Shown piece after piece: positions 8,978 through 18,633 of a DNA stretch of 64,000 bases. The translations under genes and the position numbers were made by a program. The notes under the pieces were generated by a model. That model had not been told where the DNA came from. It ran no database searches and saw only the letters and a list, made by a program, of their open reading frames with translations. Numbering within the stretch: the first letter of the stretch is position 1; each line of letters opens with the position of its first letter. Source of the DNA: Acidobacteriaceae bacterium (GTDB taxonomy: Bacteria; Acidobacteriota; Terriglobia; Terriglobales; Acidobacteriaceae); the NCBI GenBank assembly GCA_025355505.1, contig JANXZM010000009.1:45083-109082 (forward strand), read 5' to 3'.

Positions 8978-11900
8978 TCATCGCTGCGGTTGACCCAGTG
9001 CCTGCTCCGCTGGCGATGCCGTCGGCGGTTCATCGGTCACGGTGAACACCTCTCCGTCATGCAAATACATGCGCTCCATCTCCTGACGGTTGAAGGGGCG
9101 CGCCCCTCGGCGTCCGAATACGGCGAGCTGATTCCCGCTCTCGTCTACCGCGCGGTCACGATCGATCCCCTTCGACACTGCCAGAGCCGGGCCGAGCGTG
9201 CGATAAGTCGCGATCAGCTTCGGCGTGGGCCGAGGGCTGAAGCCGCTGAATGCCGGGTTATCGGGCGGCGAGAATAGTTGTACAACTCGCAAACCGTTTC
9301 GTCCGTCTGCTACATAGGCGAACAGGCTCGAACTCACCATACCCAGCTTCACGTCGTTGGCGTCGCTAATTTCACCGCTGGCGTTGAACATCTGATCGAG
9401 TCTGGGTTCTTCGGGGCGCTCGATGTCCACGATTGCCACCCCCTGTTTCCCGCCCGCAACATACGCGTAAGTACGCGCCACGTAAAGGTTGCGCGCGTCC
9501 TCCAGCGCAAGCACCGCACCCGCCACCGGTTTCGGCTGGGCCAGGTGGGTGGCATCCAGAACTTTCAAACCGTCGCGATCCACCACAAACGCATAGCGGA
9601 ACTGCACGGCGATTCCTCGTGCGTCGTTCAAAAACGGCGCCCCTATTTCAGCCGTCACTTTCGGATGTAGCGGATTGTCGAGATCAACCACCACCAGCCC
9701 GCGCTCGCAAAGAATGTACGCGTAGGTTCCCGCGATGGTGATGCGGCGCGCGCCATTCAATATCCCATTAGGATTGAACGCCAACGCCCGCTTGAGAAAA
9801 TTATTCGCCGGATTGCCATCAAGCAGCGTGCCCACTCCGGGGCTCTTGCTGATGAGATCGGGGTTGCCGACGATCACCAGGCCTTCATACTTGTCGGCGA
9901 CATAGAGAAATCCGTACATCAGGTGGATTGATTGTTCTTCGTTCTCCTTGCGATGCGAGCGCAAAGGATCAACGCCGAGCGTAGTCGGAGTCGCGACCGC
10001 CATGGCGTACTTGGTGGGCAAGTAGAAACGCTGTCCCAGCGGCGAGACCGGCGCCGTCACCATGCGCTCCGAGATATCTTTGTTATCGATGTTGGCGATG
10101 TCGTAGATACGAAGACCACCTTTGCCCATCGCCGCGTAGAGATATTCTCCGCGCGCCTGCAGATCGAGGACCTCCGCACCGGGATGATGGTGGCTCTCTT
10201 TCAGCGCACGATGGTTTTCGATGTGTTTCTTGTAGTTGTCGGGATAAGCGATCTTCTGGAAGTCGCTGCCGATCACTGCGGGCGGCTCGTCATGCTCGGT
10301 TACAGCGACCGCCTCATAACCCTTGTCGCCACTGGCTACGAAAACGTACCGTCCCATGAAGTTCATGAAGTTCGTGCCCTGGAGCAGTAGTTGCGCCATC
10401 CAGGCATTGTTGTCGTTGGCACGCGAGACGTGGCAGTCAGTGCAGCCCTTGGTTTCTTTCCCGCGCACCGTGTGCGGGACGAACGTGCTGAATGCCTGTC
10501 CGCTGAAGCCTTCCGCGGAAATGGTTTGCTGCTGATAGTAGAGCCAGTCTCGATCGTTGTTCTGCGAACTGACCAGCACCGCGCAGGCCGAACGCACTGG
10601 CGCCACGCGATTGCCCGTTACGCTGCCGTCAATCCCGAGCGTATAGATGTCGTCGCGCAGCACTTGAAAATTGTAGGAAGTCCAGTTGCGCGTGGTCAGG
10701 CCTTCATTGTGCAGCATGGGCGTGCGCTGGTTGGCGCTCATCGAAAGATGGCAGCCATAGCAGGTGGGCGCCCACGACGAATGGCAGGTGTAGCAGGTCA
10801 TCCGGCTGTTCTGGTGAGCGAGTTTGGATTCCTCTCCATTTTGCGTTGCCTCGCCCCAGGTTTTTCCGTCCTGTTGGATGGTCTTGGCCAGTCGCGATTT
10901 TTCGCTGTAGTGAGCATTGCCGGCAGTGATCGTGTCCCGCACCTGCACGACTTCCCATTCCTTTTCTTTATCGAGCATCGAGCGCTGATATAACCGGTCG
11001 TTCTTCCAGTAGAAGCGGCGCTCCTGCCATGGGGTGCGCAATCCTGCAAGATTAGTGCCGGCTGCGGGCGCAGCCGGACCGGAAGTCGCCAGCGAGGCCT
11101 TTTGCTGGATGGTGCCGTGGCAATCCACGCAGTCGATCTCGATGGCATTGCGGGTCTCACCGTAGAGTTTTCCATTGCCGTGGCTGTCCTGCTCGAAGTG
11201 ACAGTCGATGCAATGCATGCCCTTTTCGAGATGGATATCTTTAAGGTGTACCGCCTTGCCGAATTTCTCGGGATCGTCGAAGGAAACAACTTTGTCATCC
11301 GGATCGAGCAGGTTGCCTTTGCGGTCGTGCTTGAATACGGCGCGGAAGATCCAGCCGTGACTGTGGAAATCGGCAAACTGCGTATGCTGAAGCTGCCGGT
11401 TAAATTCAGGCGTGCCGGTTTTTTCCAGAAACGCAGTGTCGGACCAGAGGCCGCGAACGGCCGAGCCCTCGGGGTTCTGCGCCTGGACGCGGTTTTGCTC
11501 CTCGGCGTTCGGATGTCGTTGCTGGCCCGGCCACATCTGTTCGCCATCCATTTCGTTGTCCCACCAGGTGTAACCGAAATAGGTGGAGACCATATTCGTG
11601 CCCGGATGAATATGGCAGACAATGCACTGGCTCGACGGAATGGAACGCGTGAACTGATGGCGAATGGGATGGCCGGACTCGTTACGAGCAATGGTGGGAT
11701 CGGCAGTCGCGCTGTGCCCCTGATTGCCGTGGATTGCGTACGCGCCGGAATGTTCGGGCGAACGGTCGTTGGCATAGATGACGTGGCAGGCGCTGCATCC
11801 GCTGGCCCGGTAGTCACCGGGCTGATCGTTGGTGCCCGGAAACGAGAGCAGCGGGTCCATTAGCCGAGTCTTCTGCAGGCCGAGAAAAACTGGGTCGGTG

Positions 11901-12739
11901 CGTAGTTCTGTACCGAAACCGCGCGCGCTCAGCTTGATCTCGGGCTTGCCAGGATCTTCTTCCAGGCTGGGATTGCCAACTTCCGGTTTTGCTTTTCCTC
12001 CGCGCTCAAACACGCGCAACACATTGCCGGGCTGAGAAATTTCCCAGCGCGGCAGCGGATCGAGATAAGGCAGGATTCCCTTCTTGCTGATTTCCTCCGG
12101 CGTGGGCGGCGGAAAAGTGGTCAGACGCCGCGGACTGCCGTCGGGGCCGTAGCTTTCGCCGAACTGCGGGGACTTCAAAGGAAACGCGCCGTTGTTATAG
12201 AGCGCCGCTCCCCACAGCATGGCGCCGTGCGTCATCATGCTGGTCTCAACTTTGCGCACTTCGGCGCTATGACAGCCGGAAGTCCCGCAGGTCTTTTCCG
12301 CGACCCTCAAGTCTCCGGGATTTACGAAGCGCACGTAGTCCCAGTTTTCCCGCAACCAATCGCTATAGGCACGCACAGCATTCGCGGAAGTGCGCGCAGC
12401 CGCCGCACTGCGAGGCTGCGGATGGGCTTGACTCTTGACCTGAGCATACCCGGCAGAATTCCGCGGAGTACCCGGCTCGATGCGCAACTCGCTATTCCCT
12501 CCGTGACAATCGGTGCAGCCCAGGCGAACGGTACCGGTTAAATGCATGGTTGGACTGTCGGTTGAAATGTGGCAAGTCAGGCAGCCGGAAGATTTTCGGT
12601 CGGCATCCGCTTGAGATTGCAAAAGTAGAACGGTGTCGCCGCCTTGCGTGGGAGCGGAACTAGCAGTACGGGCCCCGACCAGGCAGACCAAGGCCGTCGC
12701 AACCAGAGCACTGCAAACGTAGCGAAGTACAGATCTCAC
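8978..12739 (-). CDS. Large secreted multihaem cytochrome c fused to a C-terminal LVIVD-repeat-like beta-propeller
   Basis: 1253-aa ORF with a GTG start and signal peptide. Nine CxxCH motifs plus one CX4CH (CGTSGCH) in the first ~760 aa. The C-terminal ~450 aa contain repeated GLRIYDI / GLVIVGNPD / GLVVVDLDN / GLKVLDATH / [10 protein letters not shown] / GLRVVQLF motifs. Confidence 0.8.
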   Translation of the reverse strand: MRSVLRYVCSALVATALVCLVGARTASSAPTQGGDTVLLLQSQADADRKSSGCLTCHISTDSPTMHLTGTVRLGCTDCHGGNSELRIEPGTPRNSAGYAQVKSQAHPQPRSAAAARTSANAVRAYSDWLRENWDYVRFVNPGDLRVAEKTCGTSGCHSAEVRKVETSMMTHGAMLWGAALYNNGAFPLKSPQFGESYGPDGSPRRLTTFPPPTPEEISKKGILPYLDPLPRWEISQPGNVLRVFERGGKAKPEVGNPSLEEDPGKPEIKLSARGFGTELRTDPVFLGLQKTRLMDPLLSFPGTNDQPGDYRASGCSACHVIYANDRSPEHSGAYAIHGNQGHSATADPTIARNESGHPIRHQFTRSIPSSQCIVCHIHPGTNMVSTYFGYTWWDNEMDGEQMWPGQQRHPNAEEQNRVQAQNPEGSAVRGLWSDTAFLEKTGTPEFNRQLQHTQFADFHSHGWIFRAVFKHDRKGNLLDPDDKVVSFDDPEKFGKAVHLKDIHLEKGMHCIDCHFEQDSHGNGKLYGETRNAIEIDCVDCHGTIQQKASLATSGPAAPAAGTNLAGLRTPWQERRFYWKNDRLYQRSMLDKEKEWEVVQVRDTITAGNAHYSEKSRLAKTIQQDGKTWGEATQNGEESKLAHQNSRMTCYTCHSSWAPTCYGCHLSMSANQRTPMLHNEGLTTRNWTSYNFQVLRDDIYTLGIDGSVTGNRVAPVRSACAVLVSSQNNDRDWLYYQQQTISAEGFSGQAFSTFVPHTVRGKETKGCTDCHVSRANDNNAWMAQLLLQGTNFMNFMGRYVFVASGDKGYEAVAVTEHDEPPAVIGSDFQKIAYPDNYKKHIENHRALKESHHHPGAEVLDLQARGEYLYAAMGKGGLRIYDIANIDNKDISERMVTAPVSPLGQRFYLPTKYAMAVATPTTLGVDPLRSHRKENEEQSIHLMYGFLYVADKYEGLVIVGNPDLISKSPGVGTLLDGNPANNFLKRALAFNPNGILNGARRITIAGTYAYILCERGLVVVDLDNPLHPKVTAEIGAPFLNDARGIAVQFRYAFVVDRDGLKVLDATHLAQPKPVAGAVLALEDARNLYVARTYAYVAGGKQGVAIVDIERPEEPRLDQMFNASGEISDANDVKLGMVSSSLFAYVADGRNGLRVVQLFSPPDNPAFSGFSPRPTPKLIATYRTLGPALAVSKGIDRDRAVDESGNQLAVFGRRGARPFNRQEMERMYLHDGEVFTVTDEPPTASPAEQALGQPQR

Positions 12740-12755
12740 GTTCCCTCAAGAGCGT

Positions 12756-14936
12756 TCAAAACTGAAATTTAACGTTGGCAAACACAGAAAACAAAACCTT
12801 GCCGGTAGAAATATCTTCCAAGCTTTGACCCGGCACCAGCGCCGATGCACCGCCGCGGATTACGATGTTCTCGCTCAGAGGCGGGCGATACTCGAAGCCC
12901 GCGCCAAAGTCTGTCCCGATACTGTGATGGATCGGACGCTGGAATAACAGCAACTCCAGTGGCTCGGTGCGGTCAAAGCGTAAATAGTTCGAGTTGACGA
13001 ACGCACGCAGCTTCGGCGTCACATCGAAATCCGCTCCCAGATTAAAAACGTAAATCCCCGGGTTCACAAAGTTCGCCTGGCCCTCTTCTTTGCTCGACCG
13101 CAGATTGGGTAGAAGGCTCATGGGAGTGACTAAGGCCACGCCTGTGGCTGTAAGCCGAATGCCTTCGCGGTCCCAGAAGCTGAAGTCGGTGCCGGTAAAG
13201 TGAGTGTTGTCTACAATCGAGTCGAAGCCGCGCGCTGTCCCGTCCGTGCGGGAAGCGCCGGAACGATTGCTGGAATCCCCGGACGCATAAAAAAACGAGG
13301 CGCGGTAACGCACCCAGTCCTTGTCAACGGATAGTTCCAGAGCCGTCATCCGCGCGTTGATGTTGACGCGCCGTCCTGCGATCGGGTTGAAGTCGTCGTA
13401 CCCCAGCGCCTGATAGAAGGCATTGCTCACGTTAAGCCGCCCAATGTGGCCGTTGCCCGTCCATCCCAGATAGTAGGCACGAATGTTGTGAGGGTGGACT
13501 GTGCCATTGACCACCGCTCCGACCGGCGCCGGACGCACCAGGAAACCGTTGTCGTCGTAGTGAATGCTGGCATCGTCATGGTTGTAATGGAAGCTGAACT
13601 CCGTAGTGTAGCCCTTGGCGAGAAAGTCCTGTATGTACAGGTTAGCGACATAAACCTGCTGCCCTCGATTCTGGAATGTATTCAAGCCGCTGTTGGTATT
13701 TTTTTCGAGCAAATGGAACCAGGCGAGGTTGTATGCCAGCCGGTTGGAGCGCAGATTCCCAAAAATGCGGACGCCGGGCTGCTCTTCGGAGAAAAGAAAT
13801 CCCCGGAAATCGCTGGTGAACTGCTGGATTCCGGCCCGCACAGAGACGAAGTCGTAATTCGGACTGAGGTCATGCAGTTTCGCTTCGACAAAGGCTTCCT
13901 GCAAGCCGACATGGGCGTCGAAGCGGTTTGTGCCCTTGCGCGTGTCGATGTTTACAATCCCACGTTCGCGCACTTGCAGGAAATTGAGATTGATTTCAGG
14001 TGTGAGGCGAATGCGAAAATCCACAGGACGAAAACTGGTGTCGCCGCGAAAGAGGTCGAAGGACAAACGCAGGTTCTCGGAAACAAACGCCTGCTCGCCG
14101 CGCCCAAAGAAGCCGCCGCTGCCAGGGTCCACCGCGTTCAAGCCGCTGGGTACAGGCAGGCGGCGCCCGTCGAAACCGGTTTCGCTCGTCCCCGTGAAGT
14201 TAAGAAACCAGCGCTGACCGAAGATCGGATAGTCGCCCTTGAACCGGTTGCGATTGAAGGGATCGTACCAGTGACCTTTCACGTACGGCGCATCGGATTG
14301 CTTCTGATTGCGGCGCCACTCGGGCATGGCGATGTCCCAGCGGTCAGGGTTAGGTGAGAAATTCGCGGAATCGGGTGGAATTTGCTCCGGCGATGTTTCT
14401 GCGGACGCTTCTTGAGAGGCGGAACTGCGCATCCCGGGATAAGGCGTTGTAGGACTGGCAGGCATCGCGGGAGTGCATGGGGTTCCTGGCACACCTGAAG
14501 CGCACGTAGTGGCGGGAACTGTCTCTTCGGACTCGTGCAGCTCGAGTTCGAGCACGGTGACCGGTCTGCTCACCTGCAGACTGGGAATGCTCCGCGCCTC
14601 GAATCCTTCCCGGACAAATTTGACCTCATAAACACCCAAGCGAACATCTCGCAGACGGAAGATCCCTTCGACGTCGGTTGCAGCGGAGTAATGTTGGCCG
14701 CTGGTCTTGTTGTGCAGATCAAGCTGCACGCCGGGAATCGCACGCCCATTCTGGTCGCGAATTAACCCTTGTAAGGTGGCAGTGCTGGCCGGGGAGCGTT
14801 CCGGAATACGACGGTCGGATTGGCCTTGCGACTGGCGCGCAAAAAGCGGAGACGAGAAAGAAAACAGGCACAGAAAAACCCCGAAGCATGGCAGACATGC
14901 AAGGAACCACCGGAGCACACGCCCGCCTGTCTGCAC
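12756..14936 (-). CDS. Outer-membrane beta-barrel protein with N-terminal carboxypeptidase-regulatory-like (CarboxypepD_reg) domain
   Basis: 726-aa ORF with a signal peptide. CarboxypepD_reg-like segment (GRAIPGVQLDLHNKTSGQHYSAATDVEGIFRLRDVRLGVYEVKFVREGFE). Alternating beta-strand pattern and a C-terminal aromatic residue (NVKFQF). It stops 17 nt before the downstream cytochrome start. Confidence 0.7.
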   Translation of the reverse strand: MQTGGRVLRWFLACLPCFGVFLCLFSFSSPLFARQSQGQSDRRIPERSPASTATLQGLIRDQNGRAIPGVQLDLHNKTSGQHYSAATDVEGIFRLRDVRLGVYEVKFVREGFEARSIPSLQVSRPVTVLELELHESEETVPATTCASGVPGTPCTPAMPASPTTPYPGMRSSASQEASAETSPEQIPPDSANFSPNPDRWDIAMPEWRRNQKQSDAPYVKGHWYDPFNRNRFKGDYPIFGQRWFLNFTGTSETGFDGRRLPVPSGLNAVDPGSGGFFGRGEQAFVSENLRLSFDLFRGDTSFRPVDFRIRLTPEINLNFLQVRERGIVNIDTRKGTNRFDAHVGLQEAFVEAKLHDLSPNYDFVSVRAGIQQFTSDFRGFLFSEEQPGVRIFGNLRSNRLAYNLAWFHLLEKNTNSGLNTFQNRGQQVYVANLYIQDFLAKGYTTEFSFHYNHDDASIHYDDNGFLVRPAPVGAVVNGTVHPHNIRAYYLGWTGNGHIGRLNVSNAFYQALGYDDFNPIAGRRVNINARMTALELSVDKDWVRYRASFFYASGDSSNRSGASRTDGTARGFDSIVDNTHFTGTDFSFWDREGIRLTATGVALVTPMSLLPNLRSSKEEGQANFVNPGIYVFNLGADFDVTPKLRAFVNSNYLRFDRTEPLELLLFQRPIHHSIGTDFGAGFEYRPPLSENIVIRGGASALVPGQSLEDISTGKVLFSVFANVKFQF

Positions 14937-15059
14937 CCGTCAGCACCATCCCAAGGAGATTTAGTTTCCTTGGTACCATAGCTACGCCGCGCATGCAAAG
15001 AAAACCGCAGCCTGGGACTACGTTTCGTCACTAGTATCGTGATCGCCTGCTAGTCATAC

Positions 15060-15140
15060 GGTGGAGCGACGGGCGTCTCGCGAGCCTGCCCTGAGCGCCG
15101 CCGAAGGGTCCACACGGGCGGGGACGCCCGGCTCTCCACC
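15060..15140. repeat. About 80-bp palindromic intergenic element (family C: GGTGGAG-CGGGCGTC ... GGACGCCCG-CTCCACC)
   Basis: Left arm ggtggagcgacgggcgtctcgcg and right arm ggcggggacgcccggctctccacc are inverted copies. A related copy lies at 51664-51720. Confidence 0.6.
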
Positions 15141-15159
15141 AGCAAGCTTGGATCGAAAA

Positions 15160-17532
15160 CTACTTCGTCTTCATCACGTAAACGCCATCCCAATCAGGCT
15201 CGGGCGCGTTCTGCATGAATTCCAATACCCGGTCCAGAAAAATCTGCGCGGGGCCGTCGTCCGGAAAACGGGTCAGCATTACTCCCAGCCTGCCCGCGGC
15301 TTCTTGCCAGTTCTGCTCGTGATACGCCTCCATCGCGTGCTTGAAGCACGAGAGCAGCGGCTCGTATTTCTTTTTCTCCGCGGCGAAATCCAGCAGTTCG
15401 TAGATGGTCACCGGCTGCTGTTTGCCCTTCACGCGTATCTTGTCCAAGTCGCGACAGACAAACTGATCCGCAATTTGGCGGTATGTCCCTTCACCGATCA
15501 CGATGCGGACGTGGTATTCCTTGGTCATCCCCTCCAGGCGGGATGCGAGGTTGACGTTGTCGCCCATCACGGTCCACGCCAGGCGCTTGGCGGAACCCAT
15601 GTTACCCACATTGACCGGACCGGTGTTCAGGCCGACTCCGATCGAAATCTGCTTTCGCCCTTCCGCCTGCCATCGCGCATTGAGTTTTTCCAGGGTACGG
15701 ACCATCTCCAAAGCACAGATACACGCGCGATACGCATGATCGGTCTGAGGATAAGGCGATCCCCAGAATGCCATGATCGCGTCGCCAATATATTTGTCCA
15801 GCGTACCCAAGCTGCGGAAAAGGACTTCTGTCATTTCTCCCAGATACTCATTCAGCAGGAGCACGAGCTCATCCGCCGTCAGGCCCTCGGACAACGTGGT
15901 GAAACCGCGGATGTCGCTGAACATCACCGTGAGTTCCTTGGTCTCTCCGCCCGGCCGGATGTATTTCTGCGGATCTTTCTCGATCAGCGCGATCACGCCC
16001 GGTGAAAGGTACTGCGAGAAGGTCTTACGGATCTTCCTTTTCTCGCCTTCCTCAAAGATCATCCGGAAGCTGGTGATGACCGCGTAGTTGACCACCAGCG
16101 TGCCCGCGGGAACCACACAGCTCAGCCAGAGTCCCCAGTGCGCGAAGCTAAAATACACGAACCAGGCAAAAGCGCCGAGGGTAAGAAACACTGAAATGGT
16201 TGAGTACAGCGGCTTGATGCGGCTGAACCAGAATCCGAAGACCAGCCCAAACAGCACGATGAATCCGGTGTCGATCATTTCCTCGTGCAGGCCGCGCGTG
16301 AGGAAACTGCGCCCCTTCTCGTCGCTGTGGAGAAGGTTGTCGATGATGTTGGCGTGGACCTCGACCCCCATGTACCCGGCATCCTGCTTTTCAAACGGCG
16401 TACTGCGCAAATCGCCGATGCCCAGGGCGGTGCCGCCAACCAGCACGATCTTGTCCTTGAATGTTTCTGGTGGCACGACGCCATTGAGTACATCCCACAT
16501 CGAATAGTGCTGGTAAGTGTGGTACGGACCCGTGTAGTTGATGAGTACGCTGCCATCGTGCCAGGGCCGCAGGTTATGGCGGCCAAAATGGATACGCTCC
16601 AGCCCGCTTTCCGAGATGTAAGCTGCCATCTCCTGGTCAGGAATTCTTTCGTATTCCCGCACTACCTGCATGGCCAGCGCAGGAAAGAAGTCCTGGTCCT
16701 GATAGCGAACGATGAGCAACGCCCGCCGCAAAGTGCCGTCGGGATCGGGGTTGGTGTTAAAAAACCCGTAGGAGGCAGCGGCCTCGGCCAGTTGAGCGAG
16801 GTTCGATTCCGCGCCCGGATAAACGTTGCCGCCGTTCTCCAGCCAGGCGCGGCTTAAATCGAAATCGCGGCCCTGCGATTTGACTTTCAGCACTTGGGGA
16901 AACGCCTTGGCCCAGATAATGTTGAAGTATTCCTCCGCCCGTTTGGCGTCGGAAGATTGGGCGCGCTCCCGGTCCAGGAACAAGTGACCGAGCACTACCC
17001 TGCCGGACTGTTGCAGAGCGGCGGCAAACGCGGCGTCGTGATCGCCGCTGACTTCCAGTTGTTTGATTCTGGCTGTGATTTTCGCCGGAGCTGACGAACC
17101 AAGCTCGCGCTGCAATTGAGACAGCGCCTGCTGGGCGGAGTTGCTCTCCGCTGTAGGAAAAGTGGCATCGAATGCGATGACGCCCGCGCCACCCGCGCTC
17201 AACCGGTTTACCAGCACTGCGTAGGAGGTGCGTGGCAAGGGGAAGGCGCCGACGTTCTGGAGGGTTTTTTCGTCAATGCCGACGATCACGATGCGTTCAT
17301 CGTGCGGCCTTGTTCCGCGTGCGGCAAAACGCATGTCCAGCGAACGCTGCTCAATGTTTTGCAGGAATAAAAAGCCAGCCCGAGTGCTGCCGCCAATCCC
17401 CGTAAACGCGAACAGCGCCAGGCCCGCCAGGGTGACAAGCAAGGCGAGAGCCAGGTCCACCTGTCGTGCCGAAAATCTACCCAGCCACCGTGACCAGCGG
17501 GACCACCTTTGTTCGCGCAACGTCATAACCAT
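15160..17532 (-). CDS. CHASE2 sensor-domain class III adenylate/guanylate cyclase
   Basis: 790-aa ORF. N-terminal TM, a large extracytoplasmic domain, then a cluster of TM helices. Cyclase core motifs are VMFSDIRGFTTLSE, DKYIGDAIMAFWG and GLNTGPVNVGNMGS. Confidence 0.85.
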   Translation of the reverse strand: MVMTLREQRWSRWSRWLGRFSARQVDLALALLVTLAGLALFAFTGIGGSTRAGFLFLQNIEQRSLDMRFAARGTRPHDERIVIVGIDEKTLQNVGAFPLPRTSYAVLVNRLSAGGAGVIAFDATFPTAESNSAQQALSQLQRELGSSAPAKITARIKQLEVSGDHDAAFAAALQQSGRVVLGHLFLDRERAQSSDAKRAEEYFNIIWAKAFPQVLKVKSQGRDFDLSRAWLENGGNVYPGAESNLAQLAEAAASYGFFNTNPDPDGTLRRALLIVRYQDQDFFPALAMQVVREYERIPDQEMAAYISESGLERIHFGRHNLRPWHDGSVLINYTGPYHTYQHYSMWDVLNGVVPPETFKDKIVLVGGTALGIGDLRSTPFEKQDAGYMGVEVHANIIDNLLHSDEKGRSFLTRGLHEEMIDTGFIVLFGLVFGFWFSRIKPLYSTISVFLTLGAFAWFVYFSFAHWGLWLSCVVPAGTLVVNYAVITSFRMIFEEGEKRKIRKTFSQYLSPGVIALIEKDPQKYIRPGGETKELTVMFSDIRGFTTLSEGLTADELVLLLNEYLGEMTEVLFRSLGTLDKYIGDAIMAFWGSPYPQTDHAYRACICALEMVRTLEKLNARWQAEGRKQISIGVGLNTGPVNVGNMGSAKRLAWTVMGDNVNLASRLEGMTKEYHVRIVIGEGTYRQIADQFVCRDLDKIRVKGKQQPVTIYELLDFAAEKKKYEPLLSCFKHAMEAYHEQNWQEAAGRLGVMLTRFPDDGPAQIFLDRVLEFMQNAPEPDWDGVYVMKTK

Positions 17533-17598
17533 CGCGATTCCAGGCTAGCGCGGCCCATAGACAGACGACGCATGGATGTAATAAAGCAAAGCAACCAA

Positions 17599-18402
17599 TT
17601 ATCGGCACTTGGGGTTTTGCGGAGCGCATCCCGTGGCGGGCGTACTCGTACCGAGTTGTGTTACCCCGATCGCCCATCCCGCGGCTGCCACTCCAACCCC
17701 AAGGATAACGTTGCGTACCAGATGCGCATGCCGGACCGGAGGTAGAGCATCCGCCAAAAATGTATCTTGCATGCTGGCCCGCTCCACATCGGGTGGCGTG
17801 GACTGAGTTTCAAAACCCGCGGGAGGAATCTCAGAGCTGATCACGACCATCTGCCCGGCGCCGACCAGAACCTGATTCTGTTTCGATTCCCCGGAATTGT
17901 TGACCACCTTCGCATTGCCGATCGGGGTGACCGAGACCTTCCCGGTATAGCAGATGACCGTAGTCTTATTGCTGTCGTAGCTCACATAGAAGTCTGTGCC
18001 GATTACGCCGATGACGGCATTGGGTGTCTTCATCTCGAACTTGCCGTTGGGCTGCGTGACCTTGACCACCTTGCTCCGGACCTTTCCGAGATTCATTTCC
18101 AGCGAGGTCTGTTGCGAGGCAGCATCATGCTGCACCACCCGCAGTTCACTGTTCGACCCCAAGCTCAGGATGGACCCATCCGTGAGGCCGGCGCGCAAAC
18201 GGCCCTTCTGTTCGGTCTTGAGCAGATCATTCCATTCCAGATTGTCATTTACCTTGGCAGCCTTGGCATTGTGCGTGGCCGACGGAATCATAGCCCGGAT
18301 CTGACCGGCAGGTTGCCCCCCCTCCGGTGGCGCACACAGCGCAGGGATTGGCGACATCAAAAGGCCCAGCAATCCAGCAATAAAACCTCTACACGGAATC
18401 AA
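17599..18402 (-). CDS. FecR-domain protein (secreted, C-terminal TM), upstream partner of the CHASE2 cyclase
   Basis: 267-aa ORF with a signal peptide. FecR-like beta-sandwich motifs (GRLRAGLTDGSILSLGSNSELRV ... TPNAVIGVIGTDFYV). It lies 66 nt upstream of the cyclase on the same strand. Confidence 0.7.
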   Translation of the reverse strand: MIPCRGFIAGLLGLLMSPIPALCAPPEGGQPAGQIRAMIPSATHNAKAAKVNDNLEWNDLLKTEQKGRLRAGLTDGSILSLGSNSELRVVQHDAASQQTSLEMNLGKVRSKVVKVTQPNGKFEMKTPNAVIGVIGTDFYVSYDSNKTTVICYTGKVSVTPIGNAKVVNNSGESKQNQVLVGAGQMVVISSEIPPAGFETQSTPPDVERASMQDTFLADALPPVRHAHLVRNVILGVGVAAAGWAIGVTQLGTSTPATGCAPQNPKCR

Positions 18403-18633
18403 GTCAGGCTCCTTCTCTCTCTTGTTCTAACCTTATTTCTTGGGCGTTAAGCAAATTGTGTCATACGCAAAGGGATTGTCAACGTTACCAGTAGCAGGGG
18501 TGGCAACTGTGGTTACACAAAGGTGCCGACCCCTCGTTTCCACCCGGGTGCCGTATTAACATTCATTCTAGACAGGAGTTCTTGAGACTCCTCGCCGCCG
18601 AGTGCGTCCGGCAGGCGAGTCTTTAGAGGTGGA

